The notes: a model not told the origin generated them from the letters alone. Shown: positions 24,305-38,415, numbered from the stretch's first letter. The stretch: DNA of 64,000 bases from Anthoceros angustus (GCA_010909165.1 MU008163.1:2046001-2110000); one strand, 5' to 3'. A program made the numbers and translations.

Positions 24305-26124
24305 ATGAGCGCTGCGGATACGGGCGGAATGGAGACGCGACAGCGATGGAATCAGCGGGGTCTTGTGCGGCCGCCTCCTGTTTACTTTACTCCGGCTCGG
24401 AGGCAGCGGCGCCGGGCTGTGCTTGTCCATCCTGCAGGATCAGGAAGGGGATCCAGAGTGGATCTGGACCGTGTTGAAGTTGTTGATTTGGAGGAAGGGA
24501 ATGCGGCATTGGCTCCGGGCGCCGGTGAGCGGGAGGCTGGTTTTGGAGCGGCCACGGAGATGGAGGCACGGAGGGACAGTGCAGGGACGGCTGCGGCGCC
24601 GTGTCTGGCCGGCTCATGCGAGGAATTCTCAGCTGGAAATTTGAGGAGGCGAGCAACGGTCGAGGAGGACGCGTGGCTGGAAGCTCTGGACCGGGAGTCT
24701 CAGGAGCAGGACGAAGCGCTTGCACAGCAGGAGCCTCAAGTTCCCGGTGTTGATGCAGGTCCTGCAATCGATATAGATGGCCTTACCTTGCAGCAGGAAG
24801 CTGAGGTATCTCTGCTTTGCAGCGGCTACAGGAGCTACGGTTCAAAAATTTTGATTTGCCGTGCTGCATCTGTCTGTACATCCGCCACTGGCAATCTGCG
24901 GATTTGTAGGCCTTGTCAGTTCTGAAAACAGAGATTATCTGAGGTTTTGCATGCAATCAATGATTTCCAGTTTCCGTTACAACCAGGAATTTAACGGACA
25001 AGAGGCCTTGGAGCAGTGGACACTCGCTCAGCTCCAGGCAATGGATGTGGCCGAAGCTGAAAGTTACGGTGCCTTCGAAGAGCAGCAGGAAGAGGAGCTA
25101 ATGGACCTGGCAACTGCTGAAAATGCTGAACGGCATTGCATGATGAGAGTTCTCCAGACAGGGTGATTGAAAACCTTATGATGTCAGGTTCCATCAAACT
25201 GTGCCGTTCTGATAGGTTTATGATCCAATTCGGTTGGTATGTGCAGTGCCAAGTACCTGCTGCAGGATGAGGTCGACGAAAGTGCTTCCTATGAGGAGCT
25301 CTTGTCAATCCATAACTGTACATATCGCCTGAAGGAGATGGTGGAGCGTGGTATGAACATGCTTCGTGAAAGAGAACGGTACGTTGTCTACGTTACAGAT
25401 GCATTTGCAGCTCTTCCCTTAGCCCCATCTCCTGTAATAGGGACTAACTAAGAATGTCAAATTGAGGGCCACAGCCAGAACATGTTACGGGAGAAGGCAG
25501 AAGCTTTGCGTGTCCAAAATGACTGTAGAGTAGCTGTAGCTGCAGAGCTTCGTGAGATGACTCGTCTTCGGCAGGAGAAGCATCAATTGCGTGAGCAACT
25601 TGTATGTCCATAACTAGACACCCGTAACAATTGCGTGAGCAATCTGCTTCACCAGATTAGGTGTAGACCGACATCTCAAAAGTGGAACTCACCCTCCCTT
25701 GTTTCTGTTGACAGGAACAAGCGCGAGAGAGGATTGTGTGCAGAATTTGCTTTGAAAGAGTAATACTTGATTGCATGTTTGTATTGTTTCATGCAATGTT
25801 TCCTAATACTGGCTTTTCTTGTTCTGAGTCTCTGACAACGTGCACTTGTGTCTGAAAGCCAAGGGATGCGATATCCTTACCTTGCAGTAAGTCGAGACAT
25901 CCCACTCGAATGTGTAACCTTTTAGAAATCTGTCATTTTTCCTTGTACAGTAGTGTCATAAGGTTCGGCGAGGGCATTGACAGCAAGTGCTCGTCGTCTC
26001 TTGAACAGTGCACCTGGACTACTGCAACCTGTGTTTACAGAAACACCAACAGTGGAGAAACACTTGTCCCACCTGTAGGGGCGTTATCAGCGGAGTTCTT
26101 AGGTATAGCCTCTCGCTGGACTAA
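24305..26124 (+). CDS. RING-HC (C3HC4) E3 ligase with acidic/coiled-coil N-terminus, multi-exon
   Basis: Splicing three small exons gives CRICFER-PRDAISLPC-MHLDYCNLCLQKHQQWRNTCPTCRGVISGVLRYSLSLD* (stop 26122-26124). Upstream exons are acidic and coiled-coil-like. The RING is invisible in the ORF track because it is split by introns. Confidence 0.8.
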
Positions 26125-26908
26125 TGAAACAGGTCCGCCGGCCCCCCTCCATCAGCGCAAATGAGCTGACAGGTTTCCCTCGGGGCTCGGACCCGGGGAT
26201 CATTGTGAACGGCGTGGATAGCAGGTCACATATATGGACTGTACGTTTGCCGTGAGTGACATCCGAATCTCGTTTGGCACATGCGAGGCCTGACATTGTA
26301 GGAAGGGATCTTCGCCTTCCAGCCCAATGGAGCCAGAAACAGGTCGCCAACGCTCAACGGACTCCCGATGCGTGGAGCACGCCGTGGCGTTTAAGCCCTC
26401 GTGCAAACAATACAACAGGCACGAGACCCCTGTCAGGTTCCATTAAAATATGACCCGTTCCTGGCGCAAGGGATGAATGTGGGGCGCTCGCGTGTGTGAA
26501 CAGGGCTTATTCTAACCTACCAACCACGACTTGTGCGCCCGAGTTGAAGACTACTTTCCTTTCGACATCACTTGGTCGTCATCGAGCTGCGTCCGCGCTC
26601 GCCACCTTCTTCCGCGCAGTTCCTGGTGCGCCGGAAGCTTGCGCACGCAAGTGAGTCTCTCCCCCAATTGCGCTCTTCCTTCCTTCACGCCTTCTCGATT
26701 TGCTTGTGTTGCCCTGTCTTCCTACCCGGCGCATTTCGAGGCCTGCTTGCCCCCTGTTTGATTGCTGGAGGAAACCTAGGCTGCTGCTGCACTGACGTTT
26801 GTGTTTCCTTGAGCCTGGACCGGCGGCTCACACCCAGTGCTTGTTGGGCACCCAGTTTCTTGGAAACCGTACTGGGCTAAGTGAGCCCGGTTGCATACCA
26901 CTTGTGAA

Positions 26909-28317
26909 ATGGGAGCCGCGAATGCTATACCATTGCTCCTGCTGCTGGCGTGCGCATTATGGGTTCCTGGAAGCAAGGCCAATCTTGAAGGTATCCCCTC
27001 GCCTCTCCTTCGTCAAGACTTTGGCTTTATAGCTCATGGCAGCCCAGCTGGGCCTGGACAAGACTGGAATTGAGCTCGTGCAGTATGTCCCACTTGCCGC
27101 ACAATTCTTAGTGACATTGGAGCTTGGAAAGTCGATCGTCCCGTTGAGCTGTTCTAGGATGACTCATGTGCACTCATGGATCACTCGCTTGTTCTTCAGG
27201 GGACGCACTCCATGCTTTGAGACGGAGTCTCGTGGACCCAGGGAATGTGCTCCAGAGCTGGGATCCCACGTTGGTGGATCCTTGCACTTGGTTCCACGTC
27301 ACTTGTGACAGACATAACCATGTGACTCGAGTGTAAGTGTTCGGACAAATTGTGGTGCTGAAAAATGTATTCCCGTGGAGCTTACTCGTCACACGTGTTT
27401 CTGCAGGGATTTAGGTAATGCAAAGCTTTCTGGCTCCCTTGTTCCGGACCTCAAGCACCTTCAGTATCTCCAGTATCTGTAAGTTGGCAACCTGCGCCCT
27501 TTACCCTTATCGTCATTTTTCCAGCATCTTGGCATGGCATGAGTTAGTAGCTGTCTTGTAGAGTGACGAAGTATGGCCATGGTACAGGGAGCTGTACAAG
27601 AACAACATTGGTGGACAGATCCCGAAGGAGCTTGGCGAGTGCAAGAATCTCGTGAGCCTCGATTTGTACATGAACAACTTCACCGGTCCAATCCCCAAGT
27701 CCCTCGCCAACCTTCAGTCTCTGGCATTCGTGTGAGTCCCCGAACTTCGTTGCTTACTGTAGTATGGAATGCTTTCCACGGGAAAAACTGCCTGAAGACT
27801 TCAAGGGGATGGGGAGGGGCGGGGCGGCGGGAGGAGAAGAAGCTAACCTGTGGCTTTAGTTGTCCCCCTGGAGAAGGCCTGGCCGCCTTCTGATTTTCTG
27901 CGTGCTCAAACAGGCGACTGAACGACAACCAGCTCAACGGACCCATTCCCAGGGAACTGGCTTCCATTAAGAGTCTCAAATTCGTGTAAGTATATCGCTT
28001 CTCTCTGGCGAGGGTCTCTACCATGTTCAGGTCCCGTTGCCAGGCGCTTAACATATCACACGTTAATTCCAGGAACCTGGCCAACAATGACTTTTGCGGA
28101 TATATCCCCTCGACCGGCTCATTCGAAAGACTGTCTCTCAAGGGGTAAGAAAGCTCTGTCCCGGGTGTGCATGACTTGCAGTGCAGTTCAATCCTAAGGC
28201 CAACCCTAAATGAGCCGTCGTTTCTTTCTATATCACAGCTTCGAGAATAACCCCAGGCTCAAGGGACCGGAGCTGCTCGGATTCGACTTGCCAGCCTCCA
28301 ACGATGGCTGCAACTGA
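26909..28317 (+). CDS. Secreted LRR protein (SERK-ectodomain-like, LRR1/LRP type), no TM or kinase
   Basis: Signal peptide [28 protein letters not shown]; LRRNT cap [24 protein letters not shown]; LRR exons [47 protein letters not shown]; ends [14 protein letters not shown]...GCN*. Confidence 0.92.
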
Positions 28318-28941
28318 AGACCTCTCAGAACTAGTGTCTTCTAGGTTTGCCTGCAAGTGCAAGGAAGGCACCATAGCCATCTCGCAAATACACCTCACAA
28401 TTCTTTGTGAAGTTTTCCTTCACTGCACATCGATAACACAGCTACACAACTCTCCAGCAGCTTCGCGCTGGGTTACGTGGAACTTACTGAGTCCGGTTCG
28501 GACCCCTTTCGTGCTCCAAAAATTCACAACTGTGTTGAAATCTTACGGGAGCAGATTTGTGAGAGACACGTTCATAAAACAATAAAACGCTACCGACAAC
28601 GAGGCAACCAGGAAGGCCAACGAGTACACGCGGGGACAGCAAAACCGGCCACGCGACCGGCAGAGCGGCCACGTCGGCACTCGCGGTCACTACTTGGACG
28701 CGGAGAAACATGTGGAACCCGATCAGATTGCCTGACAGAAATCGGACTCCTCAAGCAATCCGCGCTCACATCTACAGAGTTCAGGGCCATCCTCACCGAA
28801 TTCTCGTCTGCAGAGTGCCATCGCGTCTGCAGACCAGGTCGATTGCTGCATTGTGTGATTACGACCGCAAATACAAGAGGAGTAGATACATACTGAGTGC
28901 GCACATTCGGACGATCGGGAGCGTGGTCGCAGCAAGCAAAG

Positions 28942-29226
28942 ATGAAGGGAGGAGGTTCAGGCCCGGGCGTAGGGTTCCAGGAGCAGCAGGCAGTAGGCGG
29001 GCAGCCGGTTGTTGGCCAGAAAGGGGATTACGGTGCCCCGCCGCAGTACCACCCGGGGCCCTACGTGCAGCCACCCGATCCTAATCAGAGGGGCTCAACC
29101 TGCCAATGTGGTCATGCTAACTGCCCTGCCGGCCGAAGGAAGGACAGATCTACCTGTATTGCGTTTCTCATTTCTTGCCTGGCTTGCTGCTACTGCTGCC
29201 ACGCCCTATGCTGCTGCGGCCTATGA
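28942..29226 (+). CDS. CYSTM (cysteine-rich transmembrane module) small protein
   Basis: Pro/Gln/Tyr-rich N-terminus (YGAPPQYHPGPYVQPP) and C-terminal CIAFLISCLACCYCCHALCCCGL. Confidence 0.8.
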   Translation: MKGGGSGPGVGFQEQQAVGGQPVVGQKGDYGAPPQYHPGPYVQPPDPNQRGSTCQCGHANCPAGRRKDRSTCIAFLISCLACCYCCHALCCCGL

Positions 29227-30657
29227 GTCTGACGAACTTTGAACGAATTCCATCTACCTAGTACACTCACTGATAGCCATGTACTACCTACATCTGTCTG
29301 TGGTAGGTAGCCATTTACATATTTGGCGTTAGGTATTCTTCTGGGATATACATAGGTGTGTCACACAAGGTAGTCTGCGATGGATACTGTACAACGCTCT
29401 TGCAGGCGAATTGTCCTTCTTATCCTGATTTTTGAAATGTAAAACAGCGAATTGTATGACCGCTTGCAGTACTACCGTGACGCGGGCCAAGGTGTATGCG
29501 TCGTTGGCGTGATCCCCACGCTAGCACTCTCGCAGTCGCAGAGAGATCAAAGGTCACCGGATGACGTTCACGCTGTACAAACCGCTCTGTTGCTTTTGGA
29601 TTATGAAGCATTTTCGTTGTATTGGAAAGAATGGGAAAGCAGAACGTCAAAGGCAGGGAGATGCGGGAATAGGTTTCGGAAAATGTGGAAACATTTCGTG
29701 CTGATGTTGTGAATTTATGGTCTGTGAGGGCCGCAGTAACCAGCTGTGGCTAATGTGAGTGGAGAGGGTCGCTTCCAGATTTCAACTGAACAGCCGGTTT
29801 TGGCTATGCGCACTCTTATGCAAATTATCTGCAACATCCTTTGTCATACAGATTAGCCAGAATCTCGAAGTGGAATTTGCGAGAAGATGCTCGTCTTTGG
29901 TGCAGTACTTAGTTGTTAGGTTGCTGTTGTCGGATGCTGGTAGGACTCTGATCTAATACATACATATGCACGGCAGGGAGACCGTCGTCAAAGACCTCTT
30001 TCCTCCAAACTTTTGGATGTGGAGATTGCAGTCTTCCGTATTCCATGATTTTAACACCGTGCCTCCACTTGAGTACTGGAAAGGATTGACAAAGGGTGGT
30101 TTTCAGCGCAAGTCTAGGATGTCGGAAAACACAGGATACAGGGCGAATCATGTAGGGCGGTAGGATATGTACGTGGCAGATGTAAAGGCCAGCGAACATG
30201 AGCTGTAGGATTTGCACATGGGAGATACAGTGCGGATAACATGAGCTATAGGATTTGCACATGAGAGATATTGTGCGGCGATCATAAGCTCTGCAGGCGG
30301 CTGTTTTCGGATCAGAAACGACGCTTTTTGGATTAAAAAGGTTAGGCTAACCATTTGAACACTCCACAAAGGTCTATCAACATGGAAAGGATTACGGAAG
30401 CTATGAGGTTGGCCGTAGCAGGAGGCAACTAGTAAATGGATCTCCTTCGGCCTAACTTGTGGAGTGCTGGAGCTCACACCTTCCGTCTTCCACTTAAGAA
30501 ATACAATATATAAATGTAGTGCCTGACTTTGCACGAAGAGTATGGACAGACGCTGACTTTGGTTTCGGTTTCATGTGTAACAATCCAAGTCGGGAATCAC
30601 ATCTTGACCCGGGGGCATTCTTCATATTTCAAAGATAAATATCCCTGTGGTTAATGA

Positions 30658-31956
30658 CTAGGTGTCCCAGATCAGAACAACTGCGATAAGAGCACAACCA
30701 AGAGTTACTGCAAGGAATTTGCAAAAGGGTGTATCGAAGGCCAGCTTTTGTCGGGGGATGTAACCCTTTGCAAGCAGGTGGTTGATGGCGACATAAATAA
30801 AGACACCGCAAGCCAATCCCATGGAGATAGCGTATATCCAGTCCGCCGTATGTCCCTGGGTGGTGGAATCGATGATGATTCCGATTGCCACTCCAGCTGG
30901 CGTGGAGATAGCAAATGCGAAGGAGTAGAGGGCACAAGAGAGCAGAGGGCGGTTTGGCAACATCTGGAGGAGCGCAATGCCCATGGCAATTGCGGCAAAT
31001 ATTTTGTGAAGGCTGACTGTCCACAGCGCCTTCCAAGCATCTGCCTGGGTTCCTGCAGGATAAACAGCATGTCAGCACCTCAGCGTTGCTATTCTGAAAC
31101 TTTCATACATAACCGCTCGCAAAATGTGCCTCGATCTCACCTGCAACGCCGATGGCGATGCCCTCAAAGACCGAATGAAAGCAGAGAGCCAGAATCAAGA
31201 GCAAAGTATCTCCAAACGTTGTTTTCTTCACAAGTATGAGAGGAACAACGTGTCCGTCTTCATCAGTACCTGCAAAACACCATCCTTCACTTTCCGACAC
31301 GCTGGGTGGTTGAAACACGTTCTGACACGCTGGGTGGTTGAAACACTGTCTGACACGCTGGGTAGTTGAAACCATTCAGACCACACAAATTTTGCAGTAG
31401 CAACCAGTCAACAGGGAACGCGGGTAGCAACCAGTCAAGAGGAAACGAGGTTGAAATCGGTCCCACCTTGTTTGCTGCCAATCTCCGGATCAGGCCGACC
31501 TGTCTTCTGCTCTGTGTTAGCCGATCTGCCATACACTCCCTGAATCACCACGTCTCCCAACATCGTGAGGAGATACCCGGCAATGGACAACATGAACGCG
31601 AAAGGGTACTGTTTCGTGGTCCGCTCCTCGAAGGTGGCATTGGCATCTCCCAGGAAATGAATCAACGCAGTAGCAAGAAACACACCCCCCGCAAACTGCG
31701 TTCCCAAGAGCAGGAAAGTCTCGTCCCACCGCAGGTAGTACGGTGAAACTCCTCCAATAAAGGTGGCAAAGAACACGATAATGAGGCAATACACTTTAAC
31801 CAGAATCAGGCTCTTCGCCCTCAGATCTGGCGCAGGTTCACCGTCCGCCGCACTGTCCTCTCCTCCACCATGCGCCCTCACGGCAGCAGGCGCAAAAACT
31901 TGAATCAAGAGCGCCACCGCCAGAATCAGCAGCAAATACGCCCTCGCCTTCCTCAT
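30658..31956 (-). CDS. ZIP zinc/iron transporter (ZIP2/ZIP11-like), multi-exon
   Basis: [31 protein letters not shown] signature [37 protein letters not shown]-terminal VVLIWDT*. Confidence 0.95.
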
Positions 31957-34900
31957 CTCCCCGAATTTAAATCCGCTCTCCAACCTCCAAAAAATCCTCT
32001 CCAAGCTCAACAACACTCTGCCGCAAGCCGCGACCAAGCCATCCTGCCCGCAGATCCGCCACACCACAATTCTCCTCTGCAAACGCCGCCACACACTCTA
32101 AGCACAAGAGATTCCACCACATTCCATCTCAGCGAGGAAAATCCAGTGAAGATAGACCCTTCCACTTCATGTAAAACTGCACACTCCGGCAGTTCTCCAG
32201 GAAGGAATCGTCCAAAGCTGCCGGCTTCGTGTTCGTCTCCCTCACCTCTGATGAGCCGGCAGTAGGTACGGGTGTCGAGCCTGCCAGCCGCCAGCCTGCA
32301 GCTGCCGATCTGTGGAGAACCAGGCTGCAAGAATGCCGCGCTCCTCGTGGTTAAATCGTTAGCCCGGCATAGCAGACTGAATTGTGGCACTACACATATA
32401 TATCCTGCCGCGGCGGGCACGGCCCATCTCGGTCTCGGTCTCGTCGCGCTGCTTTGCCGGCTTCGAGACAGGTCAAGGGCCGCCCATACCCGTTTCAACT
32501 TGTACTGAAATTTTACTTTTCCCGGCACTAGTGAAAGGGCCGCCCATACCAGCTCTCCAACTTGTACTGAAATTTTACTTTTCCCGTGCCTGTACTACCC
32601 GCTCGCAACATGCGGGGGGCTCGCTCCAGACCGACTCGGCCTGCCGGAGTGTAGTACACCTTGTAGTACGAGGTCGGCTTCCCGGCTGGTCCACACGTTC
32701 GTACGCGCAATGCCACCATCTCCTGGTGAGATAGGCTTCAGGACGGAACCCTGCCGGATGATGGATGCTCGGACAGTTTCATTGCTCCACTGTTTCTTCT
32801 TCTTCTCAAGCCGCCGATGTTTGGGCCGTGAGGCGCATGGAATTCGGTGCTCGTCGTTGCCAGCTTTCCAACTGCGGTGAAGATCCTGGTTTCAAGCAGT
32901 CTTGACGATCCATGGATCCGATTGTATCGTTGTTGTCTGACAGCTTCATCTTCACACGCATGCACCTCGGGCTCCTTCTGCAGTCTGAGATCCGACACTG
33001 TGTTGTCACGCATTCACAGGCTTCCGAGTTTCAAGGTCCTCATACTCTGATCATCGCAGCGAGATTCTTCCTTGCTTACCTTAGGTGTTGAAGCTGGCCT
33101 TGAGGTTCGGTCGGCAGAGAGTGCGCACCGTGTTGTTACACTGCAGACTCCACCGATCCGCAGCAGAATGAGGCGGTTGAAACTTGATACATCGCCGTGC
33201 CGCGTAGCTGCCAGTGGCCACCACTTGCAAGGCTGAGCGTGGGAATTAGGAATCGATCCAGAGTCTGGACATAGAAGGTGTGATCATCGTGAAATTGATT
33301 GCGGGTAAGCTTTCCGGATTGTCGATTGTTGTGTGTGTTCTCTCGCGTGTCTGTATCGAGATCACGGCGCCACGGGCTGCTACAACTTCACGACGAGGGA
33401 AGATCGCGATATGGCAACACTGATGTCACGTTACCTCTCGCCGTCCTCAACCACAAACAGGCGCGTTCCTGGAGCCCGTGGCATTGCAAGCTTGAGAAAT
33501 GAAAGAACTCCGGCTTGGGGAGGTTGAAAACGTGAGAAAACCTGCAACGATAAGCAGCAAAGAAGAGCACGGGGTGTGTGGTGACTCGGGAATTCGGGGG
33601 ACCACTCCCTGTGCTCTTCTTTGATGGTTATCCTTGATCGGTTGTCTTTGTACTGCAGCCTGTCTCGCCCCGACACAGGTAGATACCTGATTGCTTGAAA
33701 TATAAGAGGATACTTCAATCATTATGAAATTCTACTATAGAAAGTAATTCAGGTTGCGTCTCGCATTCCATTGAAGATATATGCTGGAATCACAAGGCGA
33801 AGATGCCTAGAAGTTTCCAATTTGTAAACTTAAGCTATGCAAGTCTAGGTATGAGACAGCCCATTCGAGAGATTTGAGAACCTAGATGGCAAGAACGCAA
33901 TGCACTATAATAATTTGCAATATGATAACTAAAATTTAATTTTATAACTTTTAATAATCTTCGACTTCACATTCCCTGAACTAGGGATTAGATGTCTTTT
34001 CCAAATGGCCTACATGTCTATCTTTTCTCAAGACCCCAAAAGAAGATAATTGTCCTTATTTTATATATGTATAGTACTACGAGTGTTTTGACCCTTATTT
34101 GAGGAACTTAGCTATCAAGATCATGACATTGATCACTACCACTAATCAAAAGCAAGCACTAGCAGAATTTGAATTTTCTACAACATGGCCTGCGTGAAAA
34201 ATTTGTTGCTTACGTTTTCCTAAAACATGCTTACGTTTTCCTAAAACAAATCAAGGGGAACCTTAATAGTGATTCATTCTTGAGGGTTGCATGAAGTACA
34301 ATTGTTGTAGTGTAGCAAAGACACCTGAGTTGTGCGTGACTAATTAGTAGCTAAGACTAGGAAAAACAAATGATAAAAATATGAGAAGCAATCTCAAATA
34401 CCACGTTTGCTAGCTTACTTGATCCAACTAGTATAGCCATGATGATGTAAATAGTTTTTTTATGTTTGAACTCCTTCCACCAAGAAGCCCCAGGAATATG
34501 CTTACTCCATTTATGTAGCGAAGGGATATACAACGGTTTCCTATATAGGACATTCCGTGATTTACAATCTGCTGCTTGTAAAAAACGCTTTGATTTTGTC
34601 TGTAGTAAACATGATATCAAAAATTAGTGAATAGCTCTTTTAAGTGCTCATGCACCTCGATGGTTTAGAAAAAAACTATAATATTACCACATAGAGTTTT
34701 TTATTTATCTTTTTAATAAAGTTACCACATGCAAGACGAGATAAATATGAAATTGAAGTAAAGAACAAGCATGAATAAGCATAATGGACCACTAACCATT
34801 TTCAAGTTTGGAAGACAATTTACAAAACAACTCTTATTTCCGCAAACCAACCCTCTATTGTTGGCTTATCGAGGGATAACAAAAGTGCATTAAAGACTGC

Positions 34901-35169
34901 AGATTATCTCTATACACAATTCTCTCTTTTGTCAAAGTTTTCTCACACAAAACTCTTTTTAACCTCCCTGTCCAACCCAGCCTCTAGGTTTTCACAGTCC
35001 TTAAAAGTTTTTATAGGTGTCCCAAAGTTTTGGAAAACCTAACCCTATTTGTATTCTACGAGCTCTCGTTTTGATAAGATCAAATGCCCAAAAATTTTGA
35101 AGAACGTAAGCCTCTTTATATTCTATGAGTTTTCTCAAAATGAGAAACTTCCAACCCAATAACCTCTCA

Positions 35170-35460
35170 AGACTTTTCACATGGACCTCTCAAAACTTTC
35201 CATATAGATCTTTCAAGCCGATTCTAGCGCACTTTCATATTGACCTCTCAAAACTTACTATATTGAACTTCCAAGCCGAGTCTAGCGCACTTCCATATTG
35301 GCCTCTCAAAACTTTCTATATTGAACTTCCAAAAGCCGAGTCTAGTGTACTTCCATATTGACCTCTCAAAACTTTCCATGTTGAATTTCGTCTAGTGCAC
35401 TTCCATATAGACCTCTCAAAACTTTTCATATTGAACTTCCAAGCCGAGTCTAGTGCACCA
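35170..35460 (+). repeat. ~58-bp diverged tandem array, ~5 units
   Basis: Recurrent GACCTCTCAAAACTT..ATATTGAACTTCCAAGCCGAGTCTAG..CACTTCCATAT. Confidence 0.85.
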
Positions 35461-35949
35461 CCGCTTCCAAAGGCTCGGATTGGAGCTTGCACATGATAGT
35501 GGACATGACAAAGATCCTAAACTACATTCTAGGCTTGATTGAAGCCGTCAATCTCTTTGTTGTGGATGGTAATAGGCCTCCCAATTCTCTGGTTTCTACT
35601 CAAACCCTGTTTGTTGTGGATGGTAATAGGCCTCCCAATTCTCTGGTTTCTACTCAAACCCTGCCTAACGTGTCACAACATGAATGTTGTTTGTCACCAC
35701 TTCCTCTAGACTCGGCTTGCATTCAAGAAAGTTGGAAATAAGGCAGACCACGTGATTTTGTGTCACGTTGGTTAGTCTAACTAGACCTAGTTATAAATAG
35801 TAGTTAGTTAACTAACAGGCTAGTTGAAAGGACATACCCCTTCGTAAAACCGCTATAAAAGGCCTACCTATGGACCTTTAAATATAACTCTTAATATAGT
35901 TGCTAGAAAGCATGTTCTAGGCAATCGCTTCCGCATGGGATCTCTAACT

Positions 35950-35961
35950 TGGTATCAGAGC
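35950..35961 (+). other. Primer-binding site complementary to the tRNA-iMet 3' end
   Basis: TGGTATCAGAGC immediately after the 5' LTR. Confidence 0.92.
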
Positions 35962-37470
35962 AATGATCCTCCATGGACTTGCTAGCTATTTCTTCCTTGT
36001 TTGTGATAGTAGAGAGGAAAGGAAATAGCATATTAAATTAGATTTGTGCTTTTGTGAGAGTATGAGGGACTCCAATGGTCCCAAATATACGTTTCACAAA
36101 GAAAAAAAAGATAAGAAAATTCACTTCAAAAGATCATTGAGGATTTCTATAATCCAAGATGTGAGTCTTAAGTGTTTGTGATCATTTTCTATACAAAGAA
36201 GCAGGTTCTCGAGAACATGATGGGCTGCAAGGGCTCTAGATTTATGTCTCGTCAATCTAAGTGTTCTTTATTAGAAGCAAATAGTTTAGAATTTGCATAA
36301 GTTAAAAGCAAACAAATCTAGATCGAAAGGTTTGCATTGTTAAAATAGTCTTTTAGGGAGTCTGAAATGCTCGCCTAATCTAGAGTTTTTAACTAGAAAA
36401 TAGAATTTCTAAAAGGAAAAAAAATCTATCTCGGTACTGATCCGTGTATAGAGCGCTTAACTATGAAGTTCTGATGGTATAATATCTACGAGCGACAGTT
36501 CTTCCCTTGCTTATTACCGAAGGTGGACCTACATACCATAAACAGTGTTCAAGTCGCTATCATCTTCGCGCACACAGATCAGAGGCGCCGCTCTCCCGTT
36601 CTCAAAACTTCATGGCCAGGGATGAGCGCTCAGTCGAGGCATTCTCTTCTGATTAGTCTCAGGTCTGTCTGATTCGGGGCTGGGAGGCCCGGATAGAAGA
36701 GTGCAAAATTTTCTGGCTTAAGAACGTGCTAGCCGACAATTTGTGGCTGAATTCACTCCGGGAGGAAAGGCTACTAGGGCGCCCAAGGATGGTGGTGAGA
36801 CTCCTCTATCATAGCGACGAATCGGTCTGGCAATTTCCTACGGCCCCTCGCCCACCGAGGTCTGCACACATGAGGCACGGCGCGCCTGGGCCGAAACGTT
36901 GCCCCCTTGTCGAAACGACAACTTAAGTTGTCGTTTCACCAAGAGGAGGGGAATGGGACGCCCGTTCGTTGGAACGGCATACCCCTCTTTAATTATATTG
37001 CACCCCGTTCTCCTGAATTATTTTTAATTATATTTTTGATCATCTTTATTGTGCATAAAATTATCTTCTGGTGTTTTTATATATGAGGAAAATTTTCAAT
37101 TACTTTTGTGATGTCAAATCATATCAGCCAAGATGATATTTCTTCTTGGATAAATTCTTCCGGTTGACCAAGTATAATTTAGAAGAATTGTGCGCGCTAA
37201 AGGCTGAAACTTTGGGCAACAAAAAAAATATGCAAAACGTCCGTTTGGTTTGTGACAACGCCGTTTCTAGTGAGTAGGTCCAAGTCTACAAGACTAAGAT
37301 TGGGTTGAGGAGCAGCACCAATTTTGCGAGCAGGTCCAAGCCTGCAAGATCAAAGTCATGGTACTTGCAAATTGTTTTTGCTACCCTTTATAAGCGCATT
37401 TTTCTCTAAGTGATCTAGTCGAAGTATCGTAATATTTCGACTGCTCGCTCTTACGTGAAAGCTCTTAAGG

Positions 37471-38415
37471 ATGGATGCTCAACCACCACCAACACCAACA
37501 ATCTTCAACATGATGAACGTCAGCACTAACTTCAAGGAGAAGGATCGCTTCGACGGAACAAAATTCGAAGTATGGTCTCGTCGAATGAAGACTGCTTTGA
37601 ATACTCGGGATCTGCTCCCGATTGTCAAAGGTACCTTCCCCAAGCCGTCCGGTCCCCAGTCCACTGTCGACACCTGGGTACAGCAGGACAGACAGGCTAT
37701 GCATATGCTAATCTCCGGATTAGACAAGGTTACCTTACACCATACTGATGATGCCATAACCTCTGCTGAAGGTTGGAAGCAACTCATAGATATCTATCAA
37801 TCTACTCATATGATGACTCTTGTTACGGTATGATTGGAGTCTTACTCATTACGGATGCAACCTAACGACAATGTTGCGTAGCACATAAGCAAGTTTAAGT
37901 ATCTACGCGCTCAGCTTGCAGCACTTGGAACGGTAATCTCCGAATTTGATGCTACGGTCCAACTCTTAGCTAGCCTCCCGGCTAGTTATCAAACCTTTGT
38001 CTCGTCCCAGAATCAGACGGTGAGAAATGGTTACCAAGCTGTTAGGTCGGGCCAGGTCCCGAATATTACTGTGTCAGATATTGCTGGAGCTCTCCTGCAA
38101 GAGGAATCTGCCAGGTTCAATGCTGGCACATCTCAACACGGGGGAGAAAGGATTATGTTCGTGACTAAGGGAAGGTCACATCAGAATAAGAACAAGAGTT
38201 TTCTAGGATCTCGAAAGCCTAACTCTTTGCCATCATCTTCTTCCAAGACCCCTAAGCATGAGGGGAACTGTAATTGGTGCCAGATACTAGGCCACTGGGA
38301 GAGAGAGTGCCGGAAGAAATTGGCTGGTGAGGCGCGTCAGGAGCCAAGGACGGGGAATATGTTCGTCGTTTCCAGGCCCAAGACTCGACAAGATCAGCTT
38401 GACCTCTTGCTCTAA
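37471..38415 (+). pseudogene. Copia-type gag, interrupted by in-frame stops
   Basis: RFDGTKFEVWSRRMKTAL, W..QDRQAMHMLISGL, AVQLLASLPASYQTFV-like segment, CX2CX4HX4C knuckle CNWCQILGHWEREC; in-frame TGA and TAG inside. Confidence 0.88.

Noticed and set aside
26909-28317. SERK receptor kinase call
   Set aside because: Stop codon follows the last LRR; no SPP, transmembrane or kinase exons before the CYSTM gene.
36425-37270. Possible non-autonomous Helitron (A|TC...CTAG|T) nested in the LTR leader
   Set aside because: The subterminal hairpin is weak and the termini are short enough to arise by chance; needs other copies to support it.
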